64,000 nucleotides of DNA, taken from an uncultured Nitrososphaerota archaeon (GTDB lineage Archaea > Thermoproteota > Nitrososphaeria > Nitrososphaerales > CADDZS01). Position numbers and translations under genes: made by a program. Below are positions 10,075 to 20,629 of the stretch, in pieces. Position 1 is the stretch's first letter. Every line of letters begins with the position of its first letter. The stretch spans positions 1,088,001 to 1,152,000 of the forward strand of contig CAWCYI010000006.1 in NCBI GenBank assembly GCA_963799845.1. Reading direction: 5' to 3'. The notes under the pieces were generated by a model. It worked only from the letters and a program-made list of their open reading frames with translations, was not told where the DNA came from and did not search any database.

Positions 10075-11100
10075 TTGAAAGCCGCTGTCATGCATGAGAT
10101 AAACAAGTCTCTTACGATTGAGGAGGTTCCGGAGCCGAAGCTGGATTATGGAGAAGTCCTCGTAGAGACGAAGGCCTGCGGCATCTGTGGCACGGATTTG
10201 CACATCGTAGAGGGCACGGGATACAAGCCTAGACTCCCACACATTTTAGGGCATGAGCCGGCCGGGGTCGTTGCAAAGCTTGGAGAGGGTGCAACAAAGT
10301 TCAAGGTTGGAGACAGGGTCGTGCCAAATATCTTCTTCACCTGCGGTGAGTGCTTCTTTTGCAGAACGAACAGGGAGACGATGTGTACTAACTTCAAGGG
10401 GGCGCTTGGAGTAGGGATAAACGGCGGGTACGCAGAATACTTCAAGGCTCCGGCGAAGAACCTGTTTATTCTGCCTACTAAGATAGGATTCAAGGAGGGT
10501 TCGGTAATTGCGGATGCGGTTGTAACTTCCGTCCATGCTGTCAGACGAAGGGCTCAGGTAAAGGCAGACGACGTGGTTGTCGTGATCGGCGTGGGCGGAG
10601 TCGGACAGAGTGTGATCCAGATTGCAAAACATGCCGGAGCAAGGGTGTTTGGAGTTGCTCGAAGGGCGCAGAGGGCAGAAGTGGGTTCAAGGTTCGGAGC
10701 TGATGTGGTGATAAATTCCTCGAAAGAAGACGTTGGTCTGGCTGTCAACAAATTGACAAACGGGAATGGCGCGGACATCGCGATAGACAACGTGGGGACG
10801 AAGGAAACTTTGCTGCAGGCACTAGGCGCAGTTCACCGCGGAGGGAGGATCGTCCTTGTCGGCGAGACTGATGATACCATCCCATTATCCACATTCAAGC
10901 TTTGCGTCAACGAGCTGGATATTATGGGATCGCGATCAGGCGGCAGGCAGGATACGGTTGAAGCGATAGAACTTGTTGAAAGTGGTGTGGTCACTCCGTT
11001 TGCAAGCGACGCGTTTCCTCTCGAAAGAATAAACGAGGCGTTCGAGGCGATAAAGCAGGGAAGGGTCATGGGCAGAGCGGTGATTTCGTTTGAAAATTAG
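10075..11100 (+). CDS. Zinc-dependent medium-chain alcohol dehydrogenase
   Basis: CGTD, GHE, structural CxxCxxC...C, GVGGVG. Confidence 0.93.
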   Translation: MKAAVMHEINKSLTIEEVPEPKLDYGEVLVETKACGICGTDLHIVEGTGYKPRLPHILGHEPAGVVAKLGEGATKFKVGDRVVPNIFFTCGECFFCRTNRETMCTNFKGALGVGINGGYAEYFKAPAKNLFILPTKIGFKEGSVIADAVVTSVHAVRRRAQVKADDVVVVIGVGGVGQSVIQIAKHAGARVFGVARRAQRAEVGSRFGADVVINSSKEDVGLAVNKLTNGNGADIAIDNVGTKETLLQALGAVHRGGRIVLVGETDDTIPLSTFKLCVNELDIMGSRSGGRQDTVEAIELVESGVVTPFASDAFPLERINEAFEAIKQGRVMGRAVISFEN

Positions 11101-11966
11101 TTCCAGCCAATTTCCTTTAGGATTCTAACCAGTTCTTTCCTATTTTTTGCTGCGGCTTCGAATGGAGCCGGGTGCTCCCATGTATCGATCTGCAACCACT
11201 CCAGTCTTGGACACTCCGACTTCATCGCTGCGAAAAGTTTCGGCATGTCGACGTTTCCATCGCCGAACGTTTGATGCTTTCCCGTGCCGAAGGGGCTCAG
11301 TGAAAAGTCGTTGTCCGCGACGTGAACCCAGCTGACGCGGCCGTTGAGCGATTTCAGAAAGCCCACCGGATCACCGTGCGAGATAATGTTCACGTGAGAA
11401 ATGTCGTAGAGAATCGCAAGGTTCTTCGATTTCACAGTGTTCAATACATGCAGCACGTCTTCGAGCGAGTCCCGCAGCCCTCCACCGTTAAGAATCAAGT
11501 TGGGTTCGGGTTCGATTGCCATCACCACGTTTCTCTTTTCTGCCTTTTCGACGACCTGCGAGACCACGCTGACGTACCTGTCCAGAAGTACGTCGTATTC
11601 TTTCGTCATTTCGCTGGTGAAGATCGGCGGTGTCAGAGTCGAGTGATGGGCGTCCAATTCCTCGGCAAACTTTAGGGCATCGTCTACGGCGTTTACATAG
11701 TTTGCCCTGTCAGTTTCGTCCTCGCTTATCGGCGGATAGAAAAATCCGATGTGCCCCGTCTGGATTCCGGGGATCTCCTGGTCGTAAGACGCGTAGTATT
11801 CCTTCGTAGCCTTTGCTACCCCAGGAGTGTACATCTCGAATTGCGCGTGGAGCTCAATGCCCTGAAACCCTTCTTTCTTTGCGAACGTAAGGACCTCGTC
11901 TCTGCGGATTATAGGGCCTGCGCTGATCCTGACGAACCCGTCCTCGCCGAGACAAATCTTGGGCAA
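11097..11966 (-). CDS. Sugar phosphate isomerase/epimerase (TIM barrel)
   Basis: GFQGIEL, AIEPEP, YDISH, WVHVAD, GDGNVD. Confidence 0.88.
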   Translation of the reverse strand: MPKICLGEDGFVRISAGPIIRRDEVLTFAKKEGFQGIELHAQFEMYTPGVAKATKEYYASYDQEIPGIQTGHIGFFYPPISEDETDRANYVNAVDDALKFAEELDAHHSTLTPPIFTSEMTKEYDVLLDRYVSVVSQVVEKAEKRNVVMAIEPEPNLILNGGGLRDSLEDVLHVLNTVKSKNLAILYDISHVNIISHGDPVGFLKSLNGRVSWVHVADNDFSLSPFGTGKHQTFGDGNVDMPKLFAAMKSECPRLEWLQIDTWEHPAPFEAAAKNRKELVRILKEIGWN

Positions 11967-11972
11967 CGCAAA

Positions 11973-12824
11973 TCATTCCAGATGAGTGATCTTGTCGAGC
12001 TGTTGTTTGGAGGCTTCGGCGGCTTTCGCCCATTCTCCTCCCCAAACATTCCTCAGGTAGTTATCGGATTCGAACTCGACGGAAAGAAAGCCGTCGTAAC
12101 CGACTTCGCTAAGCGCGTCGAAAAATCCCTTCCAATCAGTCACTCCCTCGCCGAGCATAGGGAACATGAAATTCTCGTTTTGAGTACCGGGCTTTCCAAC
12201 CGCGTCCTTTACATGGACGTGCTTGATTCTTTTACCTAGCCGTCTTACGGCGTACGCGACATCGTTTCCGTACAGAACCATGTGACTGGGATCAAGGTTT
12301 ACGGCTAGATTTTTCGAACCAAAGTAACTCAGAAATTCCTGAAGTGTGTAAAAATCGTGAACGAGCATTCCGAAAGCTGCCTCAAACGTTATCGTGATGT
12401 CGTTTTTCTCAGCGGCATCCACGATTGTGCTGAATGATTCTACGAGATTTTTCCACGCGACTTCTTCCCGGAAATCTTTTCCGATTTTTTGGGCGGATGG
12501 ATCCCACTCCGCAGGGCCGCTGAACAAATTCACCTTGTCGATTGACGCGTACCGCGCAGCCTCGATCTTGTCAACGGTATATTTTACTCGCTCGGCACGC
12601 TTTGCATCGTCTGGCACAACAAGATCAGATGAGCACATGATGTTTGCAACTTCCATCCCGTTCTTGCGGGTCAACTCGGCGAGGTTTTTCAGCTCGTCGC
12701 GAGTATTGAAGTGAATGTAGCCTATCCACTCGACGCCCTGGTAGCCGCAGCGGGAGAGGACATCGAGTGCTTCCTGCGCGTTGTTGGTGTAGTTCGGAAT
12801 GAACGAGGCTTTCCAGTCCGGCAT
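11973..12824 (-). CDS. Sugar phosphate isomerase/epimerase (TIM barrel), paralogue of 8025..8900
   Basis: GYQGVEW, NLDPSH, HVHVKD, LGEGVTDW, SVEFE. Confidence 0.9.
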   Translation of the reverse strand: MPDWKASFIPNYTNNAQEALDVLSRCGYQGVEWIGYIHFNTRDELKNLAELTRKNGMEVANIMCSSDLVVPDDAKRAERVKYTVDKIEAARYASIDKVNLFSGPAEWDPSAQKIGKDFREEVAWKNLVESFSTIVDAAEKNDITITFEAAFGMLVHDFYTLQEFLSYFGSKNLAVNLDPSHMVLYGNDVAYAVRRLGKRIKHVHVKDAVGKPGTQNENFMFPMLGEGVTDWKGFFDALSEVGYDGFLSVEFESDNYLRNVWGGEWAKAAEASKQQLDKITHLE

Positions 12825-12836
12825 GAAGTATTCACT

Positions 12837-13692
12837 TTACTTCGAGCTGACGCCGACTTTCTTGAAGACCTGTTCGAGGTATTCGCGCGAATCCCGCATA
12901 ACTGAATCTACGTCGTTTGGAAGTTCAGACCAAGATTGAGTGCAGATGTAGCCGTTGAAATCGATCTCGACGAGAGCCCGCACGATTCCTTCCCAGTCAA
13001 CCGATCCCTTACCAAGGGCTTCGTGAGTCCACTTTACACCGTCGTTGTCCGCGCCGTGGACGTAGCAGAGGTGCTTTCCGGCCCGTCTGATATCGTCCAT
13101 GAAATTGCGGTAGCTGATGTTTTGCTGGGCGGTATCGTAAATTATCTTGACGCAAGACGAATCCAATTCCTTGATCATATCCAGTGCGTCGTCTACTGTT
13201 ATCATTAGAGGGCTCTCTGCAATGTACTGGGGGTGGAGACCGAGGATAAACTTGGTTTTCTCAGCTTCTGCGACGAGTTCGTGGAGGGCATCCATCGTCC
13301 ACTTCAATCCCTGCTCCTTGGAGGTGCCGTAGAGGACGTGACCAGTTAGGACATTCATCAGTGGGCACCCGAGTTCATCGGCGAGTTTGATGTTGTCGAT
13401 GTAGTACTGGACCGTCCGGTTGCGGATGCTTTGCCTCGGACTGCTAAAGTTATACTGCAGTCCCAGCCCACCGCCGGCAACCGCAAATCCCGTCAGCTTC
13501 AATCCTAGATCGGAGATCAGTTTTTTCAGGGAATCCCGTTCGTGCTTTGTGTAATCCTCCGGCCATGCGTGCGGCGCGCCAGTGTAGAGATCTACTCCCT
13601 TGTAACCCGCGTTCGCAATTCTTCTTACTGCTTCTTCAACAGTGGTCTGTCTGTTGTATCCGAGAGTGCAAGACTGAAAGTTTTATCGACAT
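12837..13692 (-). CDS. Sugar phosphate isomerase/epimerase (FrlC-like), one-base frameshift near 13673
   Basis: ATG at 13692 with GGTGA SD gives MSIKLS. The ORF frame is open upstream of 13502 as CTLGYNRQTTVEEAVRRIANAGYKGVEIYTGAPHAWP; 190 nt between 13692 and 13502 means one extra base. Confidence 0.85.
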
Positions 13693-14013
13693 GATTTCTT
13701 TTCACCGAGGTGCTCCGTATGACCGTTGAGGCGCGGCCCCCGGTATTTATCTTATTTATTTCTCTACGCAGTCTGAGCTCTTCCAAGAGAAAACGCCTTG
13801 AATCAAGCTGTTTCAGTTGTCTGGAGTTGGAAACTAACCCCGCAGTGAACTGGAACGGGCGGGCTGCGATCGTTTCCCAATCCCGTAGAAAAATCGTGAC
13901 GGTGCATCTTCATAGATTGGAAGAAGCTTTTTGGAGGATATTTACAAGTCCTGTCTTCAGGAACAGATAAGAGCCCGCAAAAATCCATGTAAATCTCTGA
14001 AAAGAAGACAAAA

Positions 14014-14616
14014 ATGTTCATGACCGAATCGACACTTTCTGATTCCACACGTAATACAAAGAGTATTGTAGAAGAATTTTCGGATCGTTTCGTAAAACAG
14101 GCAGGAGTGATTTACACTGTGAAAAATCTAGACGAAGCAGTTTCAATAATTAATGATCTGATCAAGCGTAAGGGGAAAGGCGAAAGTTGTTGCGCTCAAA
14201 AACTTGAATTGATTGATGGTGGCTTGGTCACGGATATCGCTCCGAGAATACAACCTTCAATTCGATTTGAAGATCTCCAAAAAAAGTCAAAAGAACTCGC
14301 AAACCTTCTAGACGTGGGAATCACGAAAGCTGACTATGGAATTGCAGAAACCGGATCGATTGTGGATATTTCTTATACCGACGACAACCGGCTTTTGTCG
14401 TCCTTTTCACGAGTACATATTGCTGTATTAGAAAAATCTAAGATATTGTTGAAACTCGAACAATTGTCTCCCCAGATGAAGGAGTTATTGTTGCCAGGCA
14501 ACGGCAAAAAGCCAACTATCACATTTATCGGCGGCCCATCCAGAACATCTGACATCGAGCTAAAGTCGGTCCTAGGTGTTCACGGTCCCCACGAAGTTCA
14601 CGTCGTTCTCATCTAA
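14014..14616 (+). CDS. lutC: Lactate utilisation protein C (LUD domain)
   Basis: GIAETGSI, FIGGPSRTSDIE, GVHGP. Confidence 0.88.
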   Translation: MFMTESTLSDSTRNTKSIVEEFSDRFVKQAGVIYTVKNLDEAVSIINDLIKRKGKGESCCAQKLELIDGGLVTDIAPRIQPSIRFEDLQKKSKELANLLDVGITKADYGIAETGSIVDISYTDDNRLLSSFSRVHIAVLEKSKILLKLEQLSPQMKELLLPGNGKKPTITFIGGPSRTSDIELKSVLGVHGPHEVHVVLI

Positions 14617-14631
14617 ACGGAGTGACGGTTT

Positions 14632-16750
14632 CTGCCAAAAGACTATACAAACCTGAAGAAAAAAATTACCGCCGCCCTCGCGAGTCCTGAGAGAGGGAAA
14701 ACCCTTCTCGTCGCTGTGAAAAGGGGACGTGATGCGAGAAAAGACCAGCTCGCAACTCTTGAAAATCCGGAAGAATTTCGCCACGACATCAAACGGATCA
14801 AAACCGAGTCGATCGAAAATCTTGACGCCCTTCTAAAGACGTTCATCACAAACTGCCAGCTTAACGGTAACAGGGCCTTCGTTGCAAAGAACGGCACCGA
14901 AGTTGTAGACTACATACTTGATCTCGCGAACAAGTACAACGTTACGCTGATTGAAAAGTCAAAGTCGCTAACGACGGAAGAAATTGAGCTGAATCACCAT
15001 CTCCGAGAGGGAAAGAAAGATCTTCAGGTCGTTGAAACCGATCTCGGAGAGCGGATCATTCAGCTCGTGGATGAAAAGCCCTACCATCTTGTGTTTCCCG
15101 CGATTCACAAAACCCAGGCTGAGGTAGCCGAGATATTCTCGAAGGAAACGAAAAGTGAAATCCCTAACGACCTGCCTGCTATTATGGATGCGGTCAGGAA
15201 GCTTCTCAGACCCATTTTTCTGAATTCGCAGATCGGCATAACGGGTGCCAACATTGCTGTTGCCGAGACCGGTTCCATCGTTGTCGAGACAAATGAAGGA
15301 AATGCTAGGCTTGTCAGCGCCATTCCAGACATTCACATTGTCGTAGTCGGAATGGAGAAGATCATAGCTAACTGGGACGAAGCCTTGAAGCTCGTGATGG
15401 CGCATCCGATTAGTGCAACTGGGACGAGACTAACGAATTACGTTTCAATAGTCACGGAGAGGCTGCCGCTTGGAACTAATTCGCCCAGAGAGATGCACGT
15501 GATAATTTTAGACAACGGCCGATCCAAGATGAGGCAAGATCCGTGGCTGAAAGAAGGGTTGAACTGCATCAGGTGCGGTGCGTGTATGAATGCGTGTCCC
15601 ACGTACGGAGTGGTTGGCGGTCACGTTTTTGGCTACATCTACCCGGGTCCGATAGGCATCCCTTGGACGGAGGAGATTCACGGACTCGACAAAGCCGAGT
15701 TCGCTCATCTCTGCATCTCCTGCGGACTCTGCAAAGAGATTTGCCCGGCCGACATCGACATCCCAATGATGATCGCGAAGGTGAAAGAGAAGGATGTGGA
15801 TGAGAATGGACAGTTAACACCCAACAAAGTTCTTTCAAGATCTGATGATTTCGCGCGGATGGCGAGCGCGACTGCGCCGGTTTCAAACTGGGTGATCCAG
15901 AGCAGGATCTCTCGCAGTTTCATGAGTCGTTTCCTCGGCATTGAGAAGAAGCGGAAGCTACCGAGATTCACGAATCGGACCTTTGAAAAACGCTTCCCTT
16001 CAATGAAGCAAGCAATTGCAAATCCAAAAGCGCGGATAGTCTATTTTGTTGATCTCGTTGCGAACTATAACGAACCGGAGATAGGGATAAGGGCAGTCGA
16101 GCTGAATGCAGCAATCTGGAATCGAGACAGTCGTGCTGCCGAAGTTGAAGCCGAGTGGCATGCCATACGTTTCATACGGTGAGCTGCGGAAAGCAAAGAA
16201 GATCGCAGATTGGAACGTGAGCCTGCTCGCAGATTATGTAGAAAAAGGGTATGATGTCGTGGCAACCGAACCGACAGCTACCTACTGTCTGAAGGAGGTT
16301 TACCCAAAGCTTCTGGATAATTCAGAGAAAAGTCTCGCAGTGTCGGCAAGGTCTTTCGAATATTTTGAATACTTGGCTAAACATCGAGATCCGCTCAACC
16401 TAGGTAGAAGAAACTCCACAGCTGAAAGTAATACCATCGGCTTTCACATCCCATGTCATCAGCGCGCTCTCAGCTCCGGTAAATTCACAATCTCCGCACT
16501 TGAGACGGCCGGATACAGAGTGAAGGTGATAGAGACAGGAACCTGCTGCGGAATGGCTGGAACGTTCGGACTGAAAAAAGGGCCACTAGGGTACGACCTG
16601 TCCATGGCGGTGGGCAAACCGCTCTTTGACCTGTTCAATAATGAAAGCTCGATCAAGATCATTGCGACCGAAAGCAGCGTATGCAGCACACAGCTCACGG
16701 ACGGCACAAATTGCTCTCTCATTCATCCCTTGAACTTGATTTCATATTAA
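14632..16750 (+). CDS. lutB: LutB-type LUD/4Fe-4S protein fused to C-terminal CCG (GlpC-like) domains, one-base frameshift near 16104
   Basis: KSKSLTTEEI, ETDLGE, TNEGNAR, CIRCGACMNACP, CISCGLCKEICP. Joins to ORF 16106 as RAVEL-MQQSG, then HIPCH and CCGMAGTFG. Probable CTG start at 14632 after GGAGTGA. Confidence 0.85.
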
Positions 16751-16795
16751 TCCAAATATTTTGAGCTGGGCGAAAGCTTGCATTTAAACTAAGAA

Positions 16796-16810
16796 CTATT
16801 GAAACGAGAA
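16796..16810 (+). repeat. Target-site duplication, left copy
   Basis: CTATTGAAACGAGAA identical to 17848-17862. Confidence 0.9.
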
Positions 16811-17847
16811 TGTTTTTTCCAGAAATCATTTCGCATCTGTCAGGAGACCTCCATAGACAAAGGATATTCAAGAGCATCTAACTGCGGCATCTTCTCGTAG
16901 TAAGCCTGGGTTGGCGTCTTGAGGTCAAGGGCTCCATGAGGCCTCACTTCATTGTACCACTTCATGAACTCATCTATCGAGGAGAACCACTTGATCTTAC
17001 TCTCGAATATGTCGAAGAACTTCTCGATCTTGCCGTTCGTCTGGGGGTGGTTGACTCTTCCGAGGATGAATCTTATCTTGTGCTTCAAGAGACACCTCTC
17101 GAATTCTGTCATCCCCTTCTCCCTCCTCTCAGATTCCATCGTGTAAAATGTGGTTCCGTGGTCGGATAGGATCGATGCAGGTTTGCCGTGTTCCTTCATG
17201 GCGCTCTCAAGACAGGAAACAGAGTACTCCGAGGTCAGCGTTTCATGGACCCCAAATCCGGTAATGAGACGAGAAGCATCATCTTCATAGCAGGTGAGCC
17301 ACTTGCCCTTCCACCTCGGATCCTTTACCTCGTGCCAGTCCGTATGCCATAATGAATTCGAGTGTTCCCTCTCGTATCTGACCCACTTCCTCCTTATCCA
17401 CTTCTTCCTAGAGTTTGACGCAAAGGAGTTCATCAGGAGCACCCTGTGTATCCTGTTGTGGTTGATGTGAATCTTGCTATCGCTCTCGATCTTTCGTTCA
17501 AGGTAGAGGGCGTTTGCCCTATATCTCTGATAAGCATCAATGACGAGTGAAGTTTCCTCGTCGGTAATTGGAATGCTTTTCCTTCCTGGTTTCTTGAGGA
17601 GGAGAGGCACACCCCCACCTTTCCTGTGCTGGGCAAGTATCTGCTCAACCCTCCTCTTTGACACTCCGAGCTGGAGAGCAATGTTTGCGCAGCTCTCACC
17701 CCTTTCTCTAGCCCTGAAGAGGTAACTGATCTTGTCGCTATCAAGCTTCGCGGGCACATGTTTCCCGTAACGTTTTGTTACGCTCTTCCAAAACTCTCCC
17801 AGTCTACTCCTGTTTACCAGCTTGCGAAATAATTGTCGGAAAAGAGA
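16811..17847 (-). mobile_element. IS481-family insertion sequence (1037 bp)
   Basis: 25-bp imperfect TIRs (16811-16835 TGTTTTTTCCAGAAATCATTTCGCA and 17823-17847, 19/25 match) flanked by a perfect 15-bp direct repeat CTATTGAAACGAGAA. Confidence 0.9.
16840..17757 (-). CDS. IS481-family DDE transposase
   Basis: N-terminal HTH, WHTDW, DDASR, SDHG, HPQTNGKIEK, YNEVRPH. Confidence 0.93.
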   Translation of the reverse strand: MPAKLDSDKISYLFRARERGESCANIALQLGVSKRRVEQILAQHRKGGGVPLLLKKPGRKSIPITDEETSLVIDAYQRYRANALYLERKIESDSKIHINHNRIHRVLLMNSFASNSRKKWIRRKWVRYEREHSNSLWHTDWHEVKDPRWKGKWLTCYEDDASRLITGFGVHETLTSEYSVSCLESAMKEHGKPASILSDHGTTFYTMESERREKGMTEFERCLLKHKIRFILGRVNHPQTNGKIEKFFDIFESKIKWFSSIDEFMKWYNEVRPHGALDLKTPTQAYYEKMPQLDALEYPLSMEVS

Positions 17848-17862
17848 CTATTGAAACGAGAA
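17848..17862 (+). repeat. Target-site duplication, right copy
   Basis: CTATTGAAACGAGAA identical to 16796-16810. Confidence 0.9.
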
Positions 17863-18078
17863 AGAAAGACACTATATTGGCATGCTGGGACGGGGAATGG
17901 CCGGAATCTAGGCCGAAAAAAAGGTGGTTTGGATTATAGAAACAATCACTTAATCAAAACTAAGGGATTGGGTCTCGAATAACCGATAAAGTGCAAGGAT
18001 TGTTTTCACCCTACCTGCTGCAGAATAACGGAAGCCACTCAGTTGGGAGCACATGAGAACCAGTATCTACTAGGGTGG

Positions 18079-19056
18079 TTATGCTAGTCTAAAGCCGAGA
18101 ATTCGTTCGAGCAGATCGGTTATTGTTATGACGCCGCCAATCTTTCCGTCCCGATAGACGAAGGCTATCGTAACTCCAGCATTACTCATGCTATCCATAA
18201 CGGATGCTATCGAGGCATCAGCTTCCACCTTCGCCGGTTGCACGAGATAGTTCACAGTATTACTGTTGACGCCATTCTCAGAGATAGCTCGGGCGAGCGA
18301 GGGGAAAGTCACGACTCCGACAAACTCATCCTTGCTTTTGTCGTAGACCGGGATTCTAGGATGTCGAGATGACCCCATCACTTTCAGAGCTTCAATTACC
18401 GTTGCGTTCGAGTCAACCGAAATTATTCTTTCGGCTGGCGTGGCAATGTCCATCACATCATATTGCGAGGAGGCAAGGGTTGACCTTATCATCCTGACTG
18501 CATCGGGCCCGAATCTCTCGTCAGCTTCGAGCATGTCGATCATGTTTTCAAGTTCCTCGGAAATTTCGTCCTCACGGTAGGCCCGTTTGTTTCCGGTTAG
18601 AGCAGCAATCCTTCTTGCTAGGCTCGCAAGAGGTCCAGCAATAGGGGACAAAGCGTTGATGACACCTAGAGCCGATGGTGAAAGTGCTGCTGCCATCCTC
18701 ACTGGGTTCTCCACTGCTATTGTTTTCGGAATGAGATAAAGGAAAATCATTATCAACAGCGAGCCGACCACGACGCTCAAAATCCACCCGATTGGTCCAA
18801 ACAGCTCCGACAGTACGATTCCCATCGTCGTGACGACGACGACGTTTGCAACAGTATCGATAAAGGTAGTAACGCACACTAGTTTCGCCTTTTCCTCTGT
18901 GATTTCAAGAGCCTTCGTAGCGTTTGAAGAGCCTTCTTTCTGCATCGAGAATAATGATGGACGCTTGACGGTGAGGTAAGTTGCCTCCACTAACGAGATA
19001 TAGAAGGCGACAGTCGCGCTGGCAAATAGTGCTAGATAAATGACTAGACCGATCAC
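18079..19056 (-). CDS. CNNM/DUF21 membrane domain plus CBS pair protein (CorB/CorC-like)
   Basis: N-terminal TM helices, IPKTIA, HPRIPVY, GVITITDLLERILG. Confidence 0.85.
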   Translation of the reverse strand: MIGLVIYLALFASATVAFYISLVEATYLTVKRPSLFSMQKEGSSNATKALEITEEKAKLVCVTTFIDTVANVVVVTTMGIVLSELFGPIGWILSVVVGSLLIMIFLYLIPKTIAVENPVRMAAALSPSALGVINALSPIAGPLASLARRIAALTGNKRAYREDEISEELENMIDMLEADERFGPDAVRMIRSTLASSQYDVMDIATPAERIISVDSNATVIEALKVMGSSRHPRIPVYDKSKDEFVGVVTFPSLARAISENGVNSNTVNYLVQPAKVEADASIASVMDSMSNAGVTIAFVYRDGKIGGVITITDLLERILGFRLA

Positions 19057-19743
19057 AATATTGAGACATCTAAGATGCCTAATTAACTAACATGGAATGA
19101 CGCTAGTGCGGTCAAATAGATTGTAGGTGACGAAGGAAAGCCAAGATGAAAAGATTTTCGAAACCGAATAAGTCTCGTCGTGATCTGAGTACTAATCCAC
19201 CGGCCTCCGTCCTTGCTTGACTGACGAGTTAGATCGCCAGAGTATGTCGATGTGACGATCGTGTTTCCTGATCTTTGGAAAGACGGAGATGACAGTTGCA
19301 AGAAAGTGTGGAATGGTTAGAGAGAGCTTACGAGCAATATCAAGTTATTTTCCAAGAATCAATTCGGAACATTATTTCGAAGATCTTCACCCAGATCCCA
19401 GATTTTGCCTCGTGTGTGTGATACGCTCCGAACGACCGATCACTCGGGATTTTGGAGATTTTTGCGTTCCAAATGGGATTAGGTCACCTGCACCCGAAAC
19501 CCGGCTTAACCGAATCCCTAGGGATTCGAGACTCATGAATCCACAAATGTGGATTCCTGTGAAATAGGTCAGAGCCTCTGGAGATTCGGACTGAAACTGG
19601 TCCGGAACATCTTTTTTGGACAAGCTCGAAGAATCAAAGATGCGATGGGTTCGAATCGGATGGTCTTCGAACCCTATTTAGATGCCAATGGTAAAATCAC
19701 CGAGTTTTTCTGATATCTTATCAAGAATCGATGGGTAAAGGGA

Positions 19744-20409
19744 TTGTATCAGTTGGCCGATGAAAAAAATTCCAAAGAAACAACACCTCGTCTGAAGATT
19801 CAGACTCTTTCCGACCTGATATTCGGACTAGCTCTTTCCATAGGCGCTCTGACCCTGATTTCCCAGAAGCCTACCAACCTTCTTGAAATCGAGCTGTCTC
19901 TTCTCTATTTCGGTTTCGCTTTCTATGTGTTATCAAGCGTCTGGGTTAGATACTCCAGGATAATGTCTGTCCTCCCAGCAGAAACGGGGCCAGTAATTAC
20001 CATCAACATAGTCCTTCTTTTCCTCGTGTCGATCGAGCCCTATCTCTACAATCTCATGATCGGCTCCTCAAATGCTCCACCTCCAGGCCAGCTGTACTTG
20101 GGAACTACGACAAGCCTGTTTGCCGCTGATATGGGCCTAATTCAGCTCCTTCTAGCCTATCTTAGTTTTCAACTCACGGTAGAAGAAAGAAAGCTGATTC
20201 CAAAAGAACTGCTCAGAAACTACAGACTGTACACATATTCCAATGTTATTATTGCCGCATTGTTCTTAGTTTCCATACTTCCTATATTTTGGAGTTTCAC
20301 TATCTTCGGTATCCAGGCGAGGTTCTTGCTTTGGACGGGTTTTGCCGTGGTGGTGAATGTTAGAAGATTAGTAGAATTGAGATCCAAAAAATCGGTCGAC
20401 AAACGATGA
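19744..20409 (+). CDS. TMEM175 (DUF1211) family putative K+ channel
   Basis: IQTLSDLIFGLALSIGAL resembles RLEAFSDGVFAIAITL; about 6 TM helices. Confidence 0.75.
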   Translation: MYQLADEKNSKETTPRLKIQTLSDLIFGLALSIGALTLISQKPTNLLEIELSLLYFGFAFYVLSSVWVRYSRIMSVLPAETGPVITINIVLLFLVSIEPYLYNLMIGSSNAPPPGQLYLGTTTSLFAADMGLIQLLLAYLSFQLTVEERKLIPKELLRNYRLYTYSNVIIAALFLVSILPIFWSFTIFGIQARFLLWTGFAVVVNVRRLVELRSKKSVDKR

Positions 20410-20611
20410 AAGGCAAAATAGCCGCCGAGAAGCACCCCCACGCAAACCTCCTTTCCAACGCGGGCTGGCAGCTGCTACGAGTGACCTGTGGCTGATCATC
20501 GTGGCTGTATTTACATACATCATCTCTAAATTTTACTCACGGCATTATTATCAAGATTGGTAATCGTCTAGTATCAATAATTAGCGCGTTTCTCAACCAG
20601 CTCTGTAAAGC

Positions 20612-20619
20612 TGGAGGTG
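20612..20619 (+). promoter_or_regulatory. Shine-Dalgarno site
   Basis: GGAGGTGA 10 nt before ATG 20630. Confidence 0.6.
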
Positions 20620-20629
20620 AATAAGTGGA

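Noticed and set aside
19641-19680. tRNA gene suggested by GGTTCGAATC
   Set aside because: No cloverleaf; the motif is one arm of a simple inverted repeat
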